Shown: positions 1 to 9,928 of the stretch, piece after piece
Layout: each line of letters opens with the position of its first letter
Numbering within the stretch: position 1 is the first letter of the stretch
Source of the DNA: an uncultured Bacillota bacterium
GTDB taxonomy: Bacteria > Bacillota_I > Bacilli_A > RF39 > UBA660
Direction: 5' to 3'
Assembly: GCA_946630315.1 (NCBI GenBank)
Contig: CAMOYT010000004.1
Location: 1-60,042, forward strand
Length of the DNA: 60,042 bases
Position numbers and translations under genes: made by a program
Notes under the pieces: model-generated
Seen by the model: the letters and a program-made list of their open reading frames with translations, nothing else
Told to the model about the DNA's origin: nothing
The model's database searches: none

Positions 1-276
1 ATTAGTAATGATGAAATGATTGATATTATTGCTTATTACTTTGTTGAAGTTGAAAATACTTTTATTTGTATTAATAGAGATAGTATTACTATTTATTTAG
101 TAGATAGAATTGATAGTAGTAGAATTAATACTATAAAGGAGATTATTAATAATTTGAATCTTAATTTAATTATTAAATATAATTTAGATATGAGTCTTGG
201 AATTATAAATTGTAAAGAGATAATTAGTAATAAAAATAATAAGAATGAAGCAATTGATTTTCTACTTAAGAATTAA
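1..276 (+). CDS. Hypothetical protein, probably 5'-truncated by the window edge
   Basis: Frame is open from base 1 (ISNDEM...) to TAA at 274-276 and is followed by a terminator hairpin. The C-terminus EIISNKNNKNEAIDFLL weakly recalls Cof/HAD-IIB phosphatases. Confidence 0.5.
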   Translation: MSNDEMIDIIAYYFVEVENTFICINRDSITIYLVDRIDSSRINTIKEIINNLNLNLIIKYNLDMSLGIINCKEIISNKNNKNEAIDFLLKN

Positions 277-340
277 AGAAAACTTTATGTTTTCTTTTTA
301 TTTATCAGTATTTTTGTTATAATAAATATTGGTGAAGTTT

Positions 341-2893
341 ATGAAAAGAAGTGAAGTGGATAGAGAAAAACTATCTCCTATGATGCAACAATATATGGAT
401 ATAAAAGATCAGTATGATGACTGTATCTTATTCTTTCGTTTGGGAGATTTTTATGAAATGTTTTTTGATGATGCAATACTTACTTCTCGTGTATTAGAAC
501 TTACCCTAACTGGTAAACAAGCTGGGCTTGATGAGCGTGTTCCGATGTGTGGTATTCCACATCATGCTTATGCTTCATATGTAAATGACTTAGTTGATAA
601 GGGATACAAAGTAGCAATATGTGAACAGATGGAAGATCCTAAACTTACTAAAGGAATGGTTAAAAGAGAAGTTGTTCAAGTTATTACTAAAGGTACTAGA
701 CTTGATGAAGCAATTGATTCTAAAAGTAATAATTATATTGCTAATATATATGATTTTGATTATTGTTATGGAATTAGTTATATCGATGTATCTACTGGTG
801 AAGTATATGCTTTATTAATTGATGGAGACATGGATAAAGTAATTAAAGAAGTAGTTAGAAATGGATTTAGAGAAGTTATTGTTAATGACTTATGTAATAG
901 GGAATTAGTTGATAGGCTTAGAACTAATCATGATATATTGGTAACTATTACTAAAGATATTTTAGAAGATAATGAATATAGTTATATTTATAAAGACATA
1001 GAAGATGTTAGAATTGTAGATACATTAAAGCATTTACTTTATTATATTGTAGATACTAAGAAGGGTGATTTACATCACTTACAAAAGTGTTTAATTATTA
1101 AAAGTAGTGATATATTAGAGTTTGATATTAATACTAAGAAGAACTTAGAATTAGTTGAAACTATTAGAAATAGAGATAGACAATATAGTTTGTTATGGTT
1201 ACTCGATAAATGTAAGACAGCTATGGGTAGTAGATTTTTAAAGAAGAGTATTGAAAATCCACTTACTAATAGAAAAGAGATAGAGAGAAGATATGATTAT
1301 GTTACTAAATTAAGTACTGAATTTATACTTAGAGATGATTTATTAAAAGCTCTTAATAATGTTTATGATTTAGAGAGATTGGTTGGAAGAGTTACATATG
1401 GTAATTTGAATGCTAAAGATTTATTACAATTAAAAACTAGTTTAGGAGTATTGCCTGAAGTTAGTAGAATATTAAGTGAAATTAATTATGACAAAAAGAT
1501 AGATACTTTTGATGAGTTATATAGTTTACTTGATAAGGCTATTTTAGAAGATGCACCTTATACATTACATGAAGGAAGATTAATAAAAGCTGGATATAAT
1601 AGTGAGCTTGATGAATTAAAAAAGATTAGTAGTGGTTCTAAAGACTTTATCTTAGAAATGGAAAAAGATGAGAGAGAACGTACTGGAATTAAGAATTTGA
1701 AAGTAGGATTTAATAAAGTATTTGGTTATTATATTGAAGTTAGTAGAGGACAACTTGGATTAGTTAAAGAAGAGTATGGATATGAGAGAAAGCAAACTTT
1801 AGCTAATGCTGAAAGATTTATTACTCCTATTTTAAAAGAGAAAGAAAATATTATACTTGGAGCAGAAGAAAAAATAATTAATTTAGAATATAAATTATTT
1901 ATGGATGTTAGAGAAGTTGTTAAAAGATATGTTTCTAAGCTACAAAGAACTGCTCATATTATTAGTGAAGTTGATATGTTACAGTCTTTTAGTGTTTGTT
2001 CTGATTTATATAAGTTTGTTAGGCCAGAACTTGTTAAAGATAGGATTATAAAGATGATTGATTGTAGACATCCTGTTGTTGAACAAGTTATGAAGGATAA
2101 ATATATTCCAAATGACATTGTTATGGATAAGACTTGTGATGTTTTATTAATTACTGGTCCTAATATGGCTGGTAAATCTACTTATATGAGGCAATGTGCT
2201 ATTACTGTTATTATGGCTCAAATTGGTTGCTTTGTACCTTGTAAGAGTTGTACTATGCCTATATTTGATAAGATATTTACTAGAATTGGTGCTAGCGATG
2301 ATTTAGTAAGTGGTGAGTCTACTTTTATGATTGAGATGAAAGAAGCTAATATGGCAATTAGTGAAGCTACTGCTAATAGTTTGGTTTTATTTGATGAACT
2401 TGGACGTGGTACTGCTACTTATGATGGTATGAGTCTTGCTCAAGCTATACTTGAATATATTCATGATAAGATTAAGTGTAAAACAATGTTTTCTACACAT
2501 TATCATGAATTAGTCTCTCTTGATAAGGATTTAAAAAGACTTAAAAATGTACATGTATCAGCTGTAGAAGAAAATGGTAAAATTACTTTTTTACATAAAG
2601 TTAAAAATGGAGCTGTTGATAAGAGTTATGGTATCCATGTAGCAAGTCTTGCTAAATTACCTGAAGAATTAATTAAAAGAGCAGATGATATATTAGATGT
2701 ATATGAGAAGAAGAGTATTAAGAAAGAAGTATTTACTCAAACTAGTTTATTTGATATGAGTGATTTAGAACCAAAAGAAGAGAAAAATGAAATAGAAGAG
2801 AAGATTAAAGAGATTAATCCATTGGAAATGACACCGATGGAAGCGTTAACTTTTCTGTATAATTTAAAAAAAGAGATAAAAGATAAACAATAA
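341..2893 (+). CDS. mutS: DNA mismatch repair protein MutS
   Basis: SPMMQQY and FFRLGDFYEMF mismatch-binding motifs, Walker A GPNMAGKST, DELGRGT, STHYHEL. ATG 341 follows a GGTGA RBS. Confidence 0.98.
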   Translation: MKRSEVDREKLSPMMQQYMDIKDQYDDCILFFRLGDFYEMFFDDAILTSRVLELTLTGKQAGLDERVPMCGIPHHAYASYVNDLVDKGYKVAICEQMEDPKLTKGMVKREVVQVITKGTRLDEAIDSKSNNYIANIYDFDYCYGISYIDVSTGEVYALLIDGDMDKVIKEVVRNGFREVIVNDLCNRELVDRLRTNHDILVTITKDILEDNEYSYIYKDIEDVRIVDTLKHLLYYIVDTKKGDLHHLQKCLIIKSSDILEFDINTKKNLELVETIRNRDRQYSLLWLLDKCKTAMGSRFLKKSIENPLTNRKEIERRYDYVTKLSTEFILRDDLLKALNNVYDLERLVGRVTYGNLNAKDLLQLKTSLGVLPEVSRILSEINYDKKIDTFDELYSLLDKAILEDAPYTLHEGRLIKAGYNSELDELKKISSGSKDFILEMEKDERERTGIKNLKVGFNKVFGYYIEVSRGQLGLVKEEYGYERKQTLANAERFITPILKEKENIILGAEEKIINLEYKLFMDVREVVKRYVSKLQRTAHIISEVDMLQSFSVCSDLYKFVRPELVKDRIIKMIDCRHPVVEQVMKDKYIPNDIVMDKTCDVLLITGPNMAGKSTYMRQCAITVIMAQIGCFVPCKSCTMPIFDKIFTRIGASDDLVSGESTFMIEMKEANMAISEATANSLVLFDELGRGTATYDGMSLAQAILEYIHDKIKCKTMFSTHYHELVSLDKDLKRLKNVHVSAVEENGKITFLHKVKNGAVDKSYGIHVASLAKLPEELIKRADDILDVYEKKSIKKEVFTQTSLFDMSDLEPKEEKNEIEEKIKEINPLEMTPMEALTFLYNLKKEIKDKQ

Positions 2894-2948
2894 GTATTGA
2901 AAAAAAATAACAATAATTATAAAATCTTATTATAAGGAGTGAGATGAA

Positions 2949-3317
2949 ATGAAACAAGAAAGAAACATAGTATTAGGTATTATTTTAACAATTGTTACTT
3001 GTGGAATTTATGGAATCTATTGGTTCATAGTTTTAAGTGATGATGTAAAAGAGTACTGTGGAGATCAAGAAATGATGAGTGGAGGAATTGCCTTCTTACT
3101 TACATTAGTTACTTGCGGAATCTTTGGTGTTTATTGGTTCTATAAGTTAGGTAAAGCTATGATGGTTGCTCAAACTAATAATAACTTACCAGCTAATGAC
3201 AATTCTATTCTTTACTTATTCTTAGAATTATTTGGATTAGGTATTGTTAACTATTGTTTAATTCAAAATGATCTTAATACTATTACAAGAACAAGAAATG
3301 GAGGAACAGCACAATAA
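2949..3317 (+). CDS. DUF4234-like membrane protein
   Basis: Duplicated TIVTCGIYGIYW / TLVTCGIFGVYW motif and hydrophobic helices. Confidence 0.8.
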   Translation: MKQERNIVLGIILTIVTCGIYGIYWFIVLSDDVKEYCGDQEMMSGGIAFLLTLVTCGIFGVYWFYKLGKAMMVAQTNNNLPANDNSILYLFLELFGLGIVNYCLIQNDLNTITRTRNGGTAQ

Positions 3318-3332
3318 AGTGCTTTTTCTTTT

Positions 3333-3689
3333 ATGAAGAATAATTTATATATATTAATTGGAGCTCTTGTTGTATTTTTATACTTAATTTTTAGTTTTAT
3401 TACAGGATTATCTATACCTTGTGCATTTCATGAGATAACTCATCTTTTATGTCCTGGATGTGGTGTTACTAGGATGTTTAAAGCATTACTTGAAGGTAAT
3501 ATTATTAAAGCATTTTATTATAATCAATTAATTTTTATTTCTTTACCAATATTTTTAGTATTATTTATTGATTTAGTATATTGCAATTTTAAAAATAAAA
3601 AGTGTTTATTATTAAAGATTCCTAATTCTGTATATTATGTTTATATAGTTATATTACTTGTTTTTGCAGTTGTTAGAAATATAATATAG
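3333..3689 (+). CDS. DUF2752-like membrane protein
   Basis: PCAFHEITHLLCPGCGVTR...AFYYN motif with transmembrane segments. Confidence 0.85.
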   Translation: MKNNLYILIGALVVFLYLIFSFITGLSIPCAFHEITHLLCPGCGVTRMFKALLEGNIIKAFYYNQLIFISLPIFLVLFIDLVYCNFKNKKCLLLKIPNSVYYVYIVILLVFAVVRNII

Positions 3690-3737
3690 TTGTTTTAAAA
3701 TGGGGATTATTATGTTAAAATATAGGTGGTGATTTTT

Positions 3738-4148
3738 ATGAAAAACAGAAGTGAATTGCGTGAAGTAATTATGAAAGTTATTTATCAAGTTAAAATACTT
3801 GAAGAGACAAAATTAGATTATAATTTAGATGATTTAATACATGAACAATTAGAAGTTGAAAATGACTTTGTTAGAAATAGTATTAATGGTATTTTAGAGA
3901 AACAAGATACTATTATTAAGTTAGCTAATAAATATTTAAAAGATTGGAGTATGAATCGTTTAAATAAAGTAGATCAAGCTATTCTTGAACTTGGTATTTA
4001 TGAGTTAATGTATACTGATACTCCTTCTGTTGTTGCGATAAATGAAGCTATAGAACTTAGTAAAACATATAGTGATGAAGCTGTTACTAAGATGATTAAT
4101 GGAGTACTTGATAAGGTTTATCATGAAGAGGTAAAAACTGATGAATGA
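3738..4148 (+). CDS. nusB: Transcription antitermination factor NusB
   Basis: RSELRE, WSMNRLNKVDQAIL, VAINEAIELSK and INGVLD motifs. Confidence 0.95.
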   Translation: MKNRSELREVIMKVIYQVKILEETKLDYNLDDLIHEQLEVENDFVRNSINGILEKQDTIIKLANKYLKDWSMNRLNKVDQAILELGIYELMYTDTPSVVAINEAIELSKTYSDEAVTKMINGVLDKVYHEEVKTDE

Positions 4149-5394
4149 TAAGTATATTACAGTTACACAATTAACTCGTTATATTAAGTATAAGATTGAT
4201 AATGATGTTAATTTAGGAGAAGTATTTTTAAAGGGTGAAATAAGTAATTTTAAGGCTCATAGTAGAGGACATTTTTATTTTACTTTAAAGGATGATAATA
4301 GTAGAATTAATGCTATTATGTTTGCTTCTGCTACACGTAATATTAAATTTGTTCCACAAGATGGAATGAAAGTAATGGTAACTGGTAAAATTTCAGTATT
4401 TGAAAGTACTGGACAATATCAAATATATGTTAATGAAATGCTAGAAGATGGTATTGGTAATTTATATATAGCTTATGAACAATTAAAAAAGAAGTTAGAA
4501 TTAGAAGGATTATTTGATCCTAGTATTAAGAAAAAGATTCCTAAAATACCAAAGAGGATTGGTGTGGTTACAGCTCCAACTGGGGCGGCTATTAAAGATA
4601 TAATATCTACAATCAAGAGAAGATGGCCTTTAACTGAAGTATATTTATTTCCTGCTTTAGTACAAGGTGAAGATGCTAAAGAAGATATTGTAAGACAAAT
4701 TAAAAAAGCAGAAGAGTTTGATTTAGATACTTTAATTGTTGGTAGAGGTGGCGGATCTATTGAAGACTTATGGGCTTTTAATGAAGAGATAGTTGCTAGA
4801 GCAATTTATGAGTGTTCTATTCCAGTTATTAGTGCTGTTGGTCATGAAGTTGATTTTACTATTGCTGATTTTGTAGCAGATTTAAGAGCACCAACGCCAA
4901 CTGGTGCTGCTGAAATGGCTGTTCCACAAATAAGTGATGTAGTTAATTATTTAAATCAATTAGATATTCGATTAAATAAAGTAATAAATAATATGGTTAC
5001 TAATTATAGAGATAGATTAACTAGTATAATGAATCGAAATATTATGAAGAATCCTATGGTTATATATCAAGCTAAGGAAATGTTATTTGATAGTTTAATA
5101 GAAAGATTAAAATATAGTACTATTAATTTAGTTAATATTAAAAGTAAGAAATTAGTCGAATTAAAAAGTAGTTATATTTTAAAAAGCCCATATAAATTAC
5201 TTGATAATAAAGCTAATAAGTATTTAAACTTAGTTAGTAAATTAGAAACACTTAGTCCATTACTTACACTTCAGAGAGGTTATACAATGACTAAGAAAGA
5301 TGGTAAAGTAATTAGTAGTTCTAAAAAGATTAAGAAGGGTGATACAATAGAAGTTAGTTTTACTGATGGTTCTATTGATGCCCAAGTTTTATAG
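4141..5394 (+). CDS. xseA: Exodeoxyribonuclease VII large subunit
   Basis: GEISNF..H.YFTLKD OB fold, GRGGGSIEDLWAFNEE, SAVGHEVD, RAPTPT. Confidence 0.97.
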   Translation: MNDKYITVTQLTRYIKYKIDNDVNLGEVFLKGEISNFKAHSRGHFYFTLKDDNSRINAIMFASATRNIKFVPQDGMKVMVTGKISVFESTGQYQIYVNEMLEDGIGNLYIAYEQLKKKLELEGLFDPSIKKKIPKIPKRIGVVTAPTGAAIKDIISTIKRRWPLTEVYLFPALVQGEDAKEDIVRQIKKAEEFDLDTLIVGRGGGSIEDLWAFNEEIVARAIYECSIPVISAVGHEVDFTIADFVADLRAPTPTGAAEMAVPQISDVVNYLNQLDIRLNKVINNMVTNYRDRLTSIMNRNIMKNPMVIYQAKEMLFDSLIERLKYSTINLVNIKSKKLVELKSSYILKSPYKLLDNKANKYLNLVSKLETLSPLLTLQRGYTMTKKDGKVISSSKKIKKGDTIEVSFTDGSIDAQVL

Positions 5395-5428
5395 ATTGTT
5401 ATTTTAATAATAATTTTGGAGGTAGATT

Positions 5429-5662
5429 ATGGCAGAGAAGAAAGAGAAAGAATTAAGTTTTGAAGAGAGTTTAATTAATTTGGAAGAAATAGTAAAAAAA
5501 CTTGAGGTTGGAGATGTACCACTTGATGATGCTATTGATGAATTTAATAAGGCAATGAAGCTTGCCAAAGCTTGTGATGAAAAGCTAAAAAAAGCAGAAG
5601 AAGCTATTACTAAATTAGTCAAAGATAATGGTGAAATTGTTGATTTTCAAGTTGAAGAATAG
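5429..5662 (+). CDS. xseB: Exodeoxyribonuclease VII small subunit
   Basis: SFEESL..LEEIV.KLE.G..PLD motif, directly after xseA. Confidence 0.95.
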   Translation: MAEKKEKELSFEESLINLEEIVKKLEVGDVPLDDAIDEFNKAMKLAKACDEKLKKAEEAITKLVKDNGEIVDFQVEE

Positions 5663-5695
5663 TATAATAATTTTGAGTGAAAAGGAGAGGAAAGT

Positions 5696-6010
5696 ATGTA
5701 TATAGACTTAGCGGTTTTAGTAATTTTACTTGTATTAGTTATTATATTTTTTAAGAGATTTGATTCATTTGTATTTTGTATGGCAATAATTGATATTATT
5801 TTAAGAATATTATTCTTTGTTAGACAAAATATTATTGTAAAAGGATTAGAAGATGTAATTGATCAATTTTTACCTAGTAGTATTCCAGGTTTAATTGATA
5901 GATATACTAAGGGTGTTCCTAATACAATTCTTAAGTGGTTATTTGTTCTAGTAATGTGTGTTTTCTTATTCTACATTATTAGAATATTCATTAAGAAGAA
6001 AAAAATATAA
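5696..6010 (+). CDS. Hypothetical membrane protein
   Basis: AGGAG RBS, about three hydrophobic helices, terminator after the stop. Confidence 0.7.
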   Translation: MYIDLAVLVILLVLVIIFFKRFDSFVFCMAIIDIILRILFFVRQNIIVKGLEDVIDQFLPSSIPGLIDRYTKGVPNTILKWLFVLVMCVFLFYIIRIFIKKKKI

Positions 6011-6044
6011 GATTAAGTAATTAATCTTTTTTTTGGAGGTTTTT

Positions 6045-6635
6045 ATGGCAAAGTTATATTTTCGTTATGGTGCAATGAACTGTGGTAAGTCGACTCATTT
6101 ATTGCAAGTAGCACATAATTATGAAGAAAGAGGTATGGATATAGTATTACTTAAACCTAGTGTTGATAAGAAAGGTGATAAGAATGTTGTATCTAGATTA
6201 GGAGCAGAAAGAGAAGTAGATGCTTTAGTTGGTAAAGATGATTCTATAATGGAGATTTTAGAGAATTATTTAAAAGAAAAGAAAAAGATTAAATGCATAT
6301 TAGTAGATGAGGCTCAGTTTTTAGAACCTAATCAAGTTGATGATTTATTGTTCTTTGCTACTGATTTGGATATTCCAGTTATTTGTTATGGACTTAGAAC
6401 AGATTTTAAGATGAATGGTTTTCCAGGTTCTACTAGGTTGCTTGAAGTTGCTTCTTCTATTGAAGAGATGAAGACAATATGTGAATGTGGTAAGAAAGCT
6501 ACTATTAATGCTAGATTTGTTAATGGTCGTCTTACTAATGAAGGAGAACAAGTAGCAATAGATGGTTTTGATAATATTACATATAAGTCTATGTGTCCTA
6601 AATGTTACTTTAAAAAGCTTAAAATCAAGAGATAG
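6045..6635 (+). CDS. tdk: Thymidine kinase
   Basis: YGAMNCGKS Walker A, VDEAQF, YGLRTDF, Zn-binding CECG...CPKC. Confidence 0.97.
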   Translation: MAKLYFRYGAMNCGKSTHLLQVAHNYEERGMDIVLLKPSVDKKGDKNVVSRLGAEREVDALVGKDDSIMEILENYLKEKKKIKCILVDEAQFLEPNQVDDLLFFATDLDIPVICYGLRTDFKMNGFPGSTRLLEVASSIEEMKTICECGKKATINARFVNGRLTNEGEQVAIDGFDNITYKSMCPKCYFKKLKIKR

Positions 6636-6684
6636 CTCTTTTAATAAGAGCTTTTTTTGTGCTATAATTTATTAAGGTGAGGAT

Positions 6685-9258
6685 ATGACAAACTGGGAAG
6701 TTAAATACAACATATTAAAAGATATATATCTAAATCAAGGTTCAATTAATAATATTCATCAAGGTGATGTTGTTACTATAGATGGAGTAGAACATAAGAT
6801 TGGATCTTTTTTAAGTGATCAAAGAAAACTTTATAATAAATATTTGAAACTTAGTGATGATAAAAAAGATAAAAAAGTATTAGAACATATTAGATTATTA
6901 GAAGAGTTAGGAATAGATTGGAATCCTAAAGAAAGCGATTGGCTTAGTAAGTATAAATTATTAGTTGATTATAAAAATACTTATGGTAATTTAAATGTTC
7001 CTTATAATTATGTGATTAATGGTGTAGCACTTGGTATTTTTGTTGCGAATCAAAGAAGTATTTATCGAAAAAATATTAATAAGGATAAAGTAGATTCTAA
7101 GCTATTAGAACATTTTAAATTATTAGAAGAGTTAGGTATTATTTGGGATATTCAAGAAGTAGAGTGGAATATTAAATATAATGCTTTAAAAGATTATTAT
7201 TTAGAACATGGTAATATTAATTTAGTAGATGATTTATTAATAGATTGTAATGGAAAAGACTCTTCTTTAAAGGCTTTTATACAGAGTCAAAGGTTTTTAT
7301 ATAGAAAATATATAAATGGTGAAATTGAAAGAGATGAAGATAGTCGATTAGTTAAGCATTTTGAATTATTAAATAGTATTGGTATGGATTGGAATCCTAC
7401 TATTAATGATTGGAATAGAAAATATAATTTATTAGTTAATTATAAAAATGAATTTGGTAATATTAATATTCCTTTTAGTTATAGTGTTATTGTAGATGGA
7501 GAAGTAATTAATCTCGGGAGTTTTTTAATAGATCAAAGAGAAATATATAGAAAAAATAAAAATACTAGTGATAGTTTATTACTTGAGAGATTTAGATTAT
7601 TAGAAGATTTAGGTATTGTATGGGAACCACTTGATGAGTATTGGAATACTAGATTTGAATTAATTAAAAAATATAAAGATGAATATGGTGATTGCAATAT
7701 CGGTACTAATTATGTTTGCTATTTGGATGGAGAAGAAATACAATTAGGTAAGTTTTTAAGTAAACAAAGAGAGCTTTATAAGAAACATAAGAAGAATAGT
7801 TTTAATAATACTGATTCTAAAGTAATGGAACATTTTAAATTATTAGAAGATATTGGAGTAAGTTTTGATCCTAGTCGTGATGAATGGTTAAGACAATATA
7901 ATTATTTTCTTTCTTATTACAATGAATTTGGTAATTTAAATATTCCTATTAGTTATAAAAAAGAAATAGATGGAAAAATTATAAATATTGGTCAAATGTT
8001 TAGAAATCAAAAAGAGGCTTTAAGTAAGAAAAAAGAAGAAATACTTGCTGGTACTGCTTCACTTGAAATTATGAATAGATATTATTTAATGAAAGATATT
8101 GGTTTTAGTTTTTCTAATAGTCTTGATTATATTTATTATGATTGTGGAGATGGAGAGAAGAAATATACTAAGAAGAGTTTAAGTAAGAAATTAGGAATTA
8201 ATACTCGACTTTTTAGTAAGTATTTAGCTAGATTTAATGGTAATGTATTAAAGACTGTTAAAGTATGTCAGATGATTAAGAAATTAAAGAAAAAAGATAA
8301 TACTACTTTAAATGATTTTTTATTAGAATTTGAGATAAATGAAGATACTTTAAAGAGTTATTTGGATAAGAGTGGAGCAAAGAAGAGTAATAGAAGTAGT
8401 GAAGTAGTTATGTATAAAGACGGTGTTTCTTTAAGAAAGTTTTGTATTGATAATGGATATAACTATGGAGTTGTCTTAAGAGCTCTTAGATTAAAGCAAA
8501 ATGATTTAGTTAATGAGGACTTAGAAAGTTTAATAAATAGAGTAATTAGTGATTATAGATTTAATGGACAAAATAAACCTAGTACTTGGATTTATAGTAA
8601 GTATGGTAATCAATTATTACTTAAACATTTTTTAACTTCATTAGAATTAGATAGTGATAGTGTACTAAGAGATATGACTCATAATTCTATTAGTTTAGAA
8701 GAGGCTATTAGGAATAATTGTTTTAAACGAGTAAATAACAGAAAATATGATTATTTAGAAGAATTATATTATTTAGTTTGTGAGAAATTTGATAAATTAA
8801 ATCATGATCCTAATATTAATTCTGAGATAGCAATAGCATCAATATCTGAGTATATTGAAAGTAAAATTAAAGAATATGGGCTTACTTTTTATGAGTATGA
8901 AGTTATTATTAAGTCTTTATTTAAATATGTTGAGACAATTAATAAATATCATATATTTGATGTTGGATTTGAAAAAGATGAGGATAAGAAACAAGAAAAG
9001 ATTAGAAAATATGTATTAGATGATGAGGAGATAGAAGAGAGCTTTTATATACCTTTAGAATTTTCTGATAAAGTATTAATTGGAAGAGATAGTGAGTTAT
9101 ATAAACGTAGAATGGTTTTAAAAGACTTAGTCCATATTTGGGATAATTTATTGGAAGATGAGAAGATGAATTATATTATGAAGTATAATATTACTGATGA
9201 AGAAGTTAGATTTATTACAAATACTCGTGAAAGTATTAATACTTATACAAAAAAATAA
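6685..9258 (+). CDS. Helicase-associated (HA) domain repeat protein with six repeats and an unknown C-terminal region
   Basis: Six ~75-aa repeats of the form W...Y..L..Y...G...P..Y...G..LG.F...QR......L..LG..W. No Walker A or DExD motif found. Confidence 0.8.
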   Translation: MTNWEVKYNILKDIYLNQGSINNIHQGDVVTIDGVEHKIGSFLSDQRKLYNKYLKLSDDKKDKKVLEHIRLLEELGIDWNPKESDWLSKYKLLVDYKNTYGNLNVPYNYVINGVALGIFVANQRSIYRKNINKDKVDSKLLEHFKLLEELGIIWDIQEVEWNIKYNALKDYYLEHGNINLVDDLLIDCNGKDSSLKAFIQSQRFLYRKYINGEIERDEDSRLVKHFELLNSIGMDWNPTINDWNRKYNLLVNYKNEFGNINIPFSYSVIVDGEVINLGSFLIDQREIYRKNKNTSDSLLLERFRLLEDLGIVWEPLDEYWNTRFELIKKYKDEYGDCNIGTNYVCYLDGEEIQLGKFLSKQRELYKKHKKNSFNNTDSKVMEHFKLLEDIGVSFDPSRDEWLRQYNYFLSYYNEFGNLNIPISYKKEIDGKIINIGQMFRNQKEALSKKKEEILAGTASLEIMNRYYLMKDIGFSFSNSLDYIYYDCGDGEKKYTKKSLSKKLGINTRLFSKYLARFNGNVLKTVKVCQMIKKLKKKDNTTLNDFLLEFEINEDTLKSYLDKSGAKKSNRSSEVVMYKDGVSLRKFCIDNGYNYGVVLRALRLKQNDLVNEDLESLINRVISDYRFNGQNKPSTWIYSKYGNQLLLKHFLTSLELDSDSVLRDMTHNSISLEEAIRNNCFKRVNNRKYDYLEELYYLVCEKFDKLNHDPNINSEIAIASISEYIESKIKEYGLTFYEYEVIIKSLFKYVETINKYHIFDVGFEKDEDKKQEKIRKYVLDDEEIEESFYIPLEFSDKVLIGRDSELYKRRMVLKDLVHIWDNLLEDEKMNYIMKYNITDEEVRFITNTRESINTYTKK

Positions 9259-9277
9259 GAGACTTAGTCTCTTTTTT

Positions 9278-9841
9278 TTAGTAGTATTCTTCTGATATTA
9301 TTTTGTAATTATAATTATTAAGAATGTTTAGATCTTCTTTTTTTAGATAGAAGAGATATTTTACTGATAAGTCATATTCTTTATTAATTATTACTTGATC
9401 TTTTAATAAATAATCTAATTCTTTTTGTTTTTCATATTCTGTTTCTAATTCTATTTTGTAACCTTTTTCTACTTCTTTTAACTCGGCATTATTAATAGCT
9501 TCTTTTACTGATTTTGAATATGCTCTTACAAGTCCTCCGGCACCTAATTTTATACCGCCAAAGTATCTTATAGTAACAGCTAAAACATTTATTAATTCTT
9601 CTTTTTCTAATACATTTAACATTGGCATTCCAGCAGTACCACCTGGTTCTTTATCATCACTTGATTTTTGATAGTTATCTAGTCTTAATGCATAAGTATA
9701 GTGCGTTGCTTTTGGATATTTTATTTTTAACTCTTCTATTATGTCTTTTATATCTGGATTATCTATTTTTATTAATTCTGTAATGAACTTAGAATTTTTA
9801 ATTTCTATTTGATTTGATGAGTTTTTTGTAATAGTTTTCAT
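9278..9841 (-). CDS. yigZ: YigZ/IMPACT family protein
   Basis: IKNSKFI, ATHY.YA, SDDKEPGGTAG.PML, RYFGGIKLGAGGLVRAY. Confidence 0.92.
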   Translation of the reverse strand: MKTITKNSSNQIEIKNSKFITELIKIDNPDIKDIIEELKIKYPKATHYTYALRLDNYQKSSDDKEPGGTAGMPMLNVLEKEELINVLAVTIRYFGGIKLGAGGLVRAYSKSVKEAINNAELKEVEKGYKIELETEYEKQKELDYLLKDQVIINKEYDLSVKYLFYLKKEDLNILNNYNYKIISEEYY

Positions 9842-9928
9842 AATATCACCAAGTTTATTATAACATATTAAATTATTTATGGAATTTCTTTATAAATTAT
9901 ATTATAATGTTATTGTCGAGGTGGTTAG

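Noticed and set aside
341-2893. mutS without an adjacent mutL
   Set aside because: Unlinked mutS and mutL is common, and absence cannot be judged from one window.
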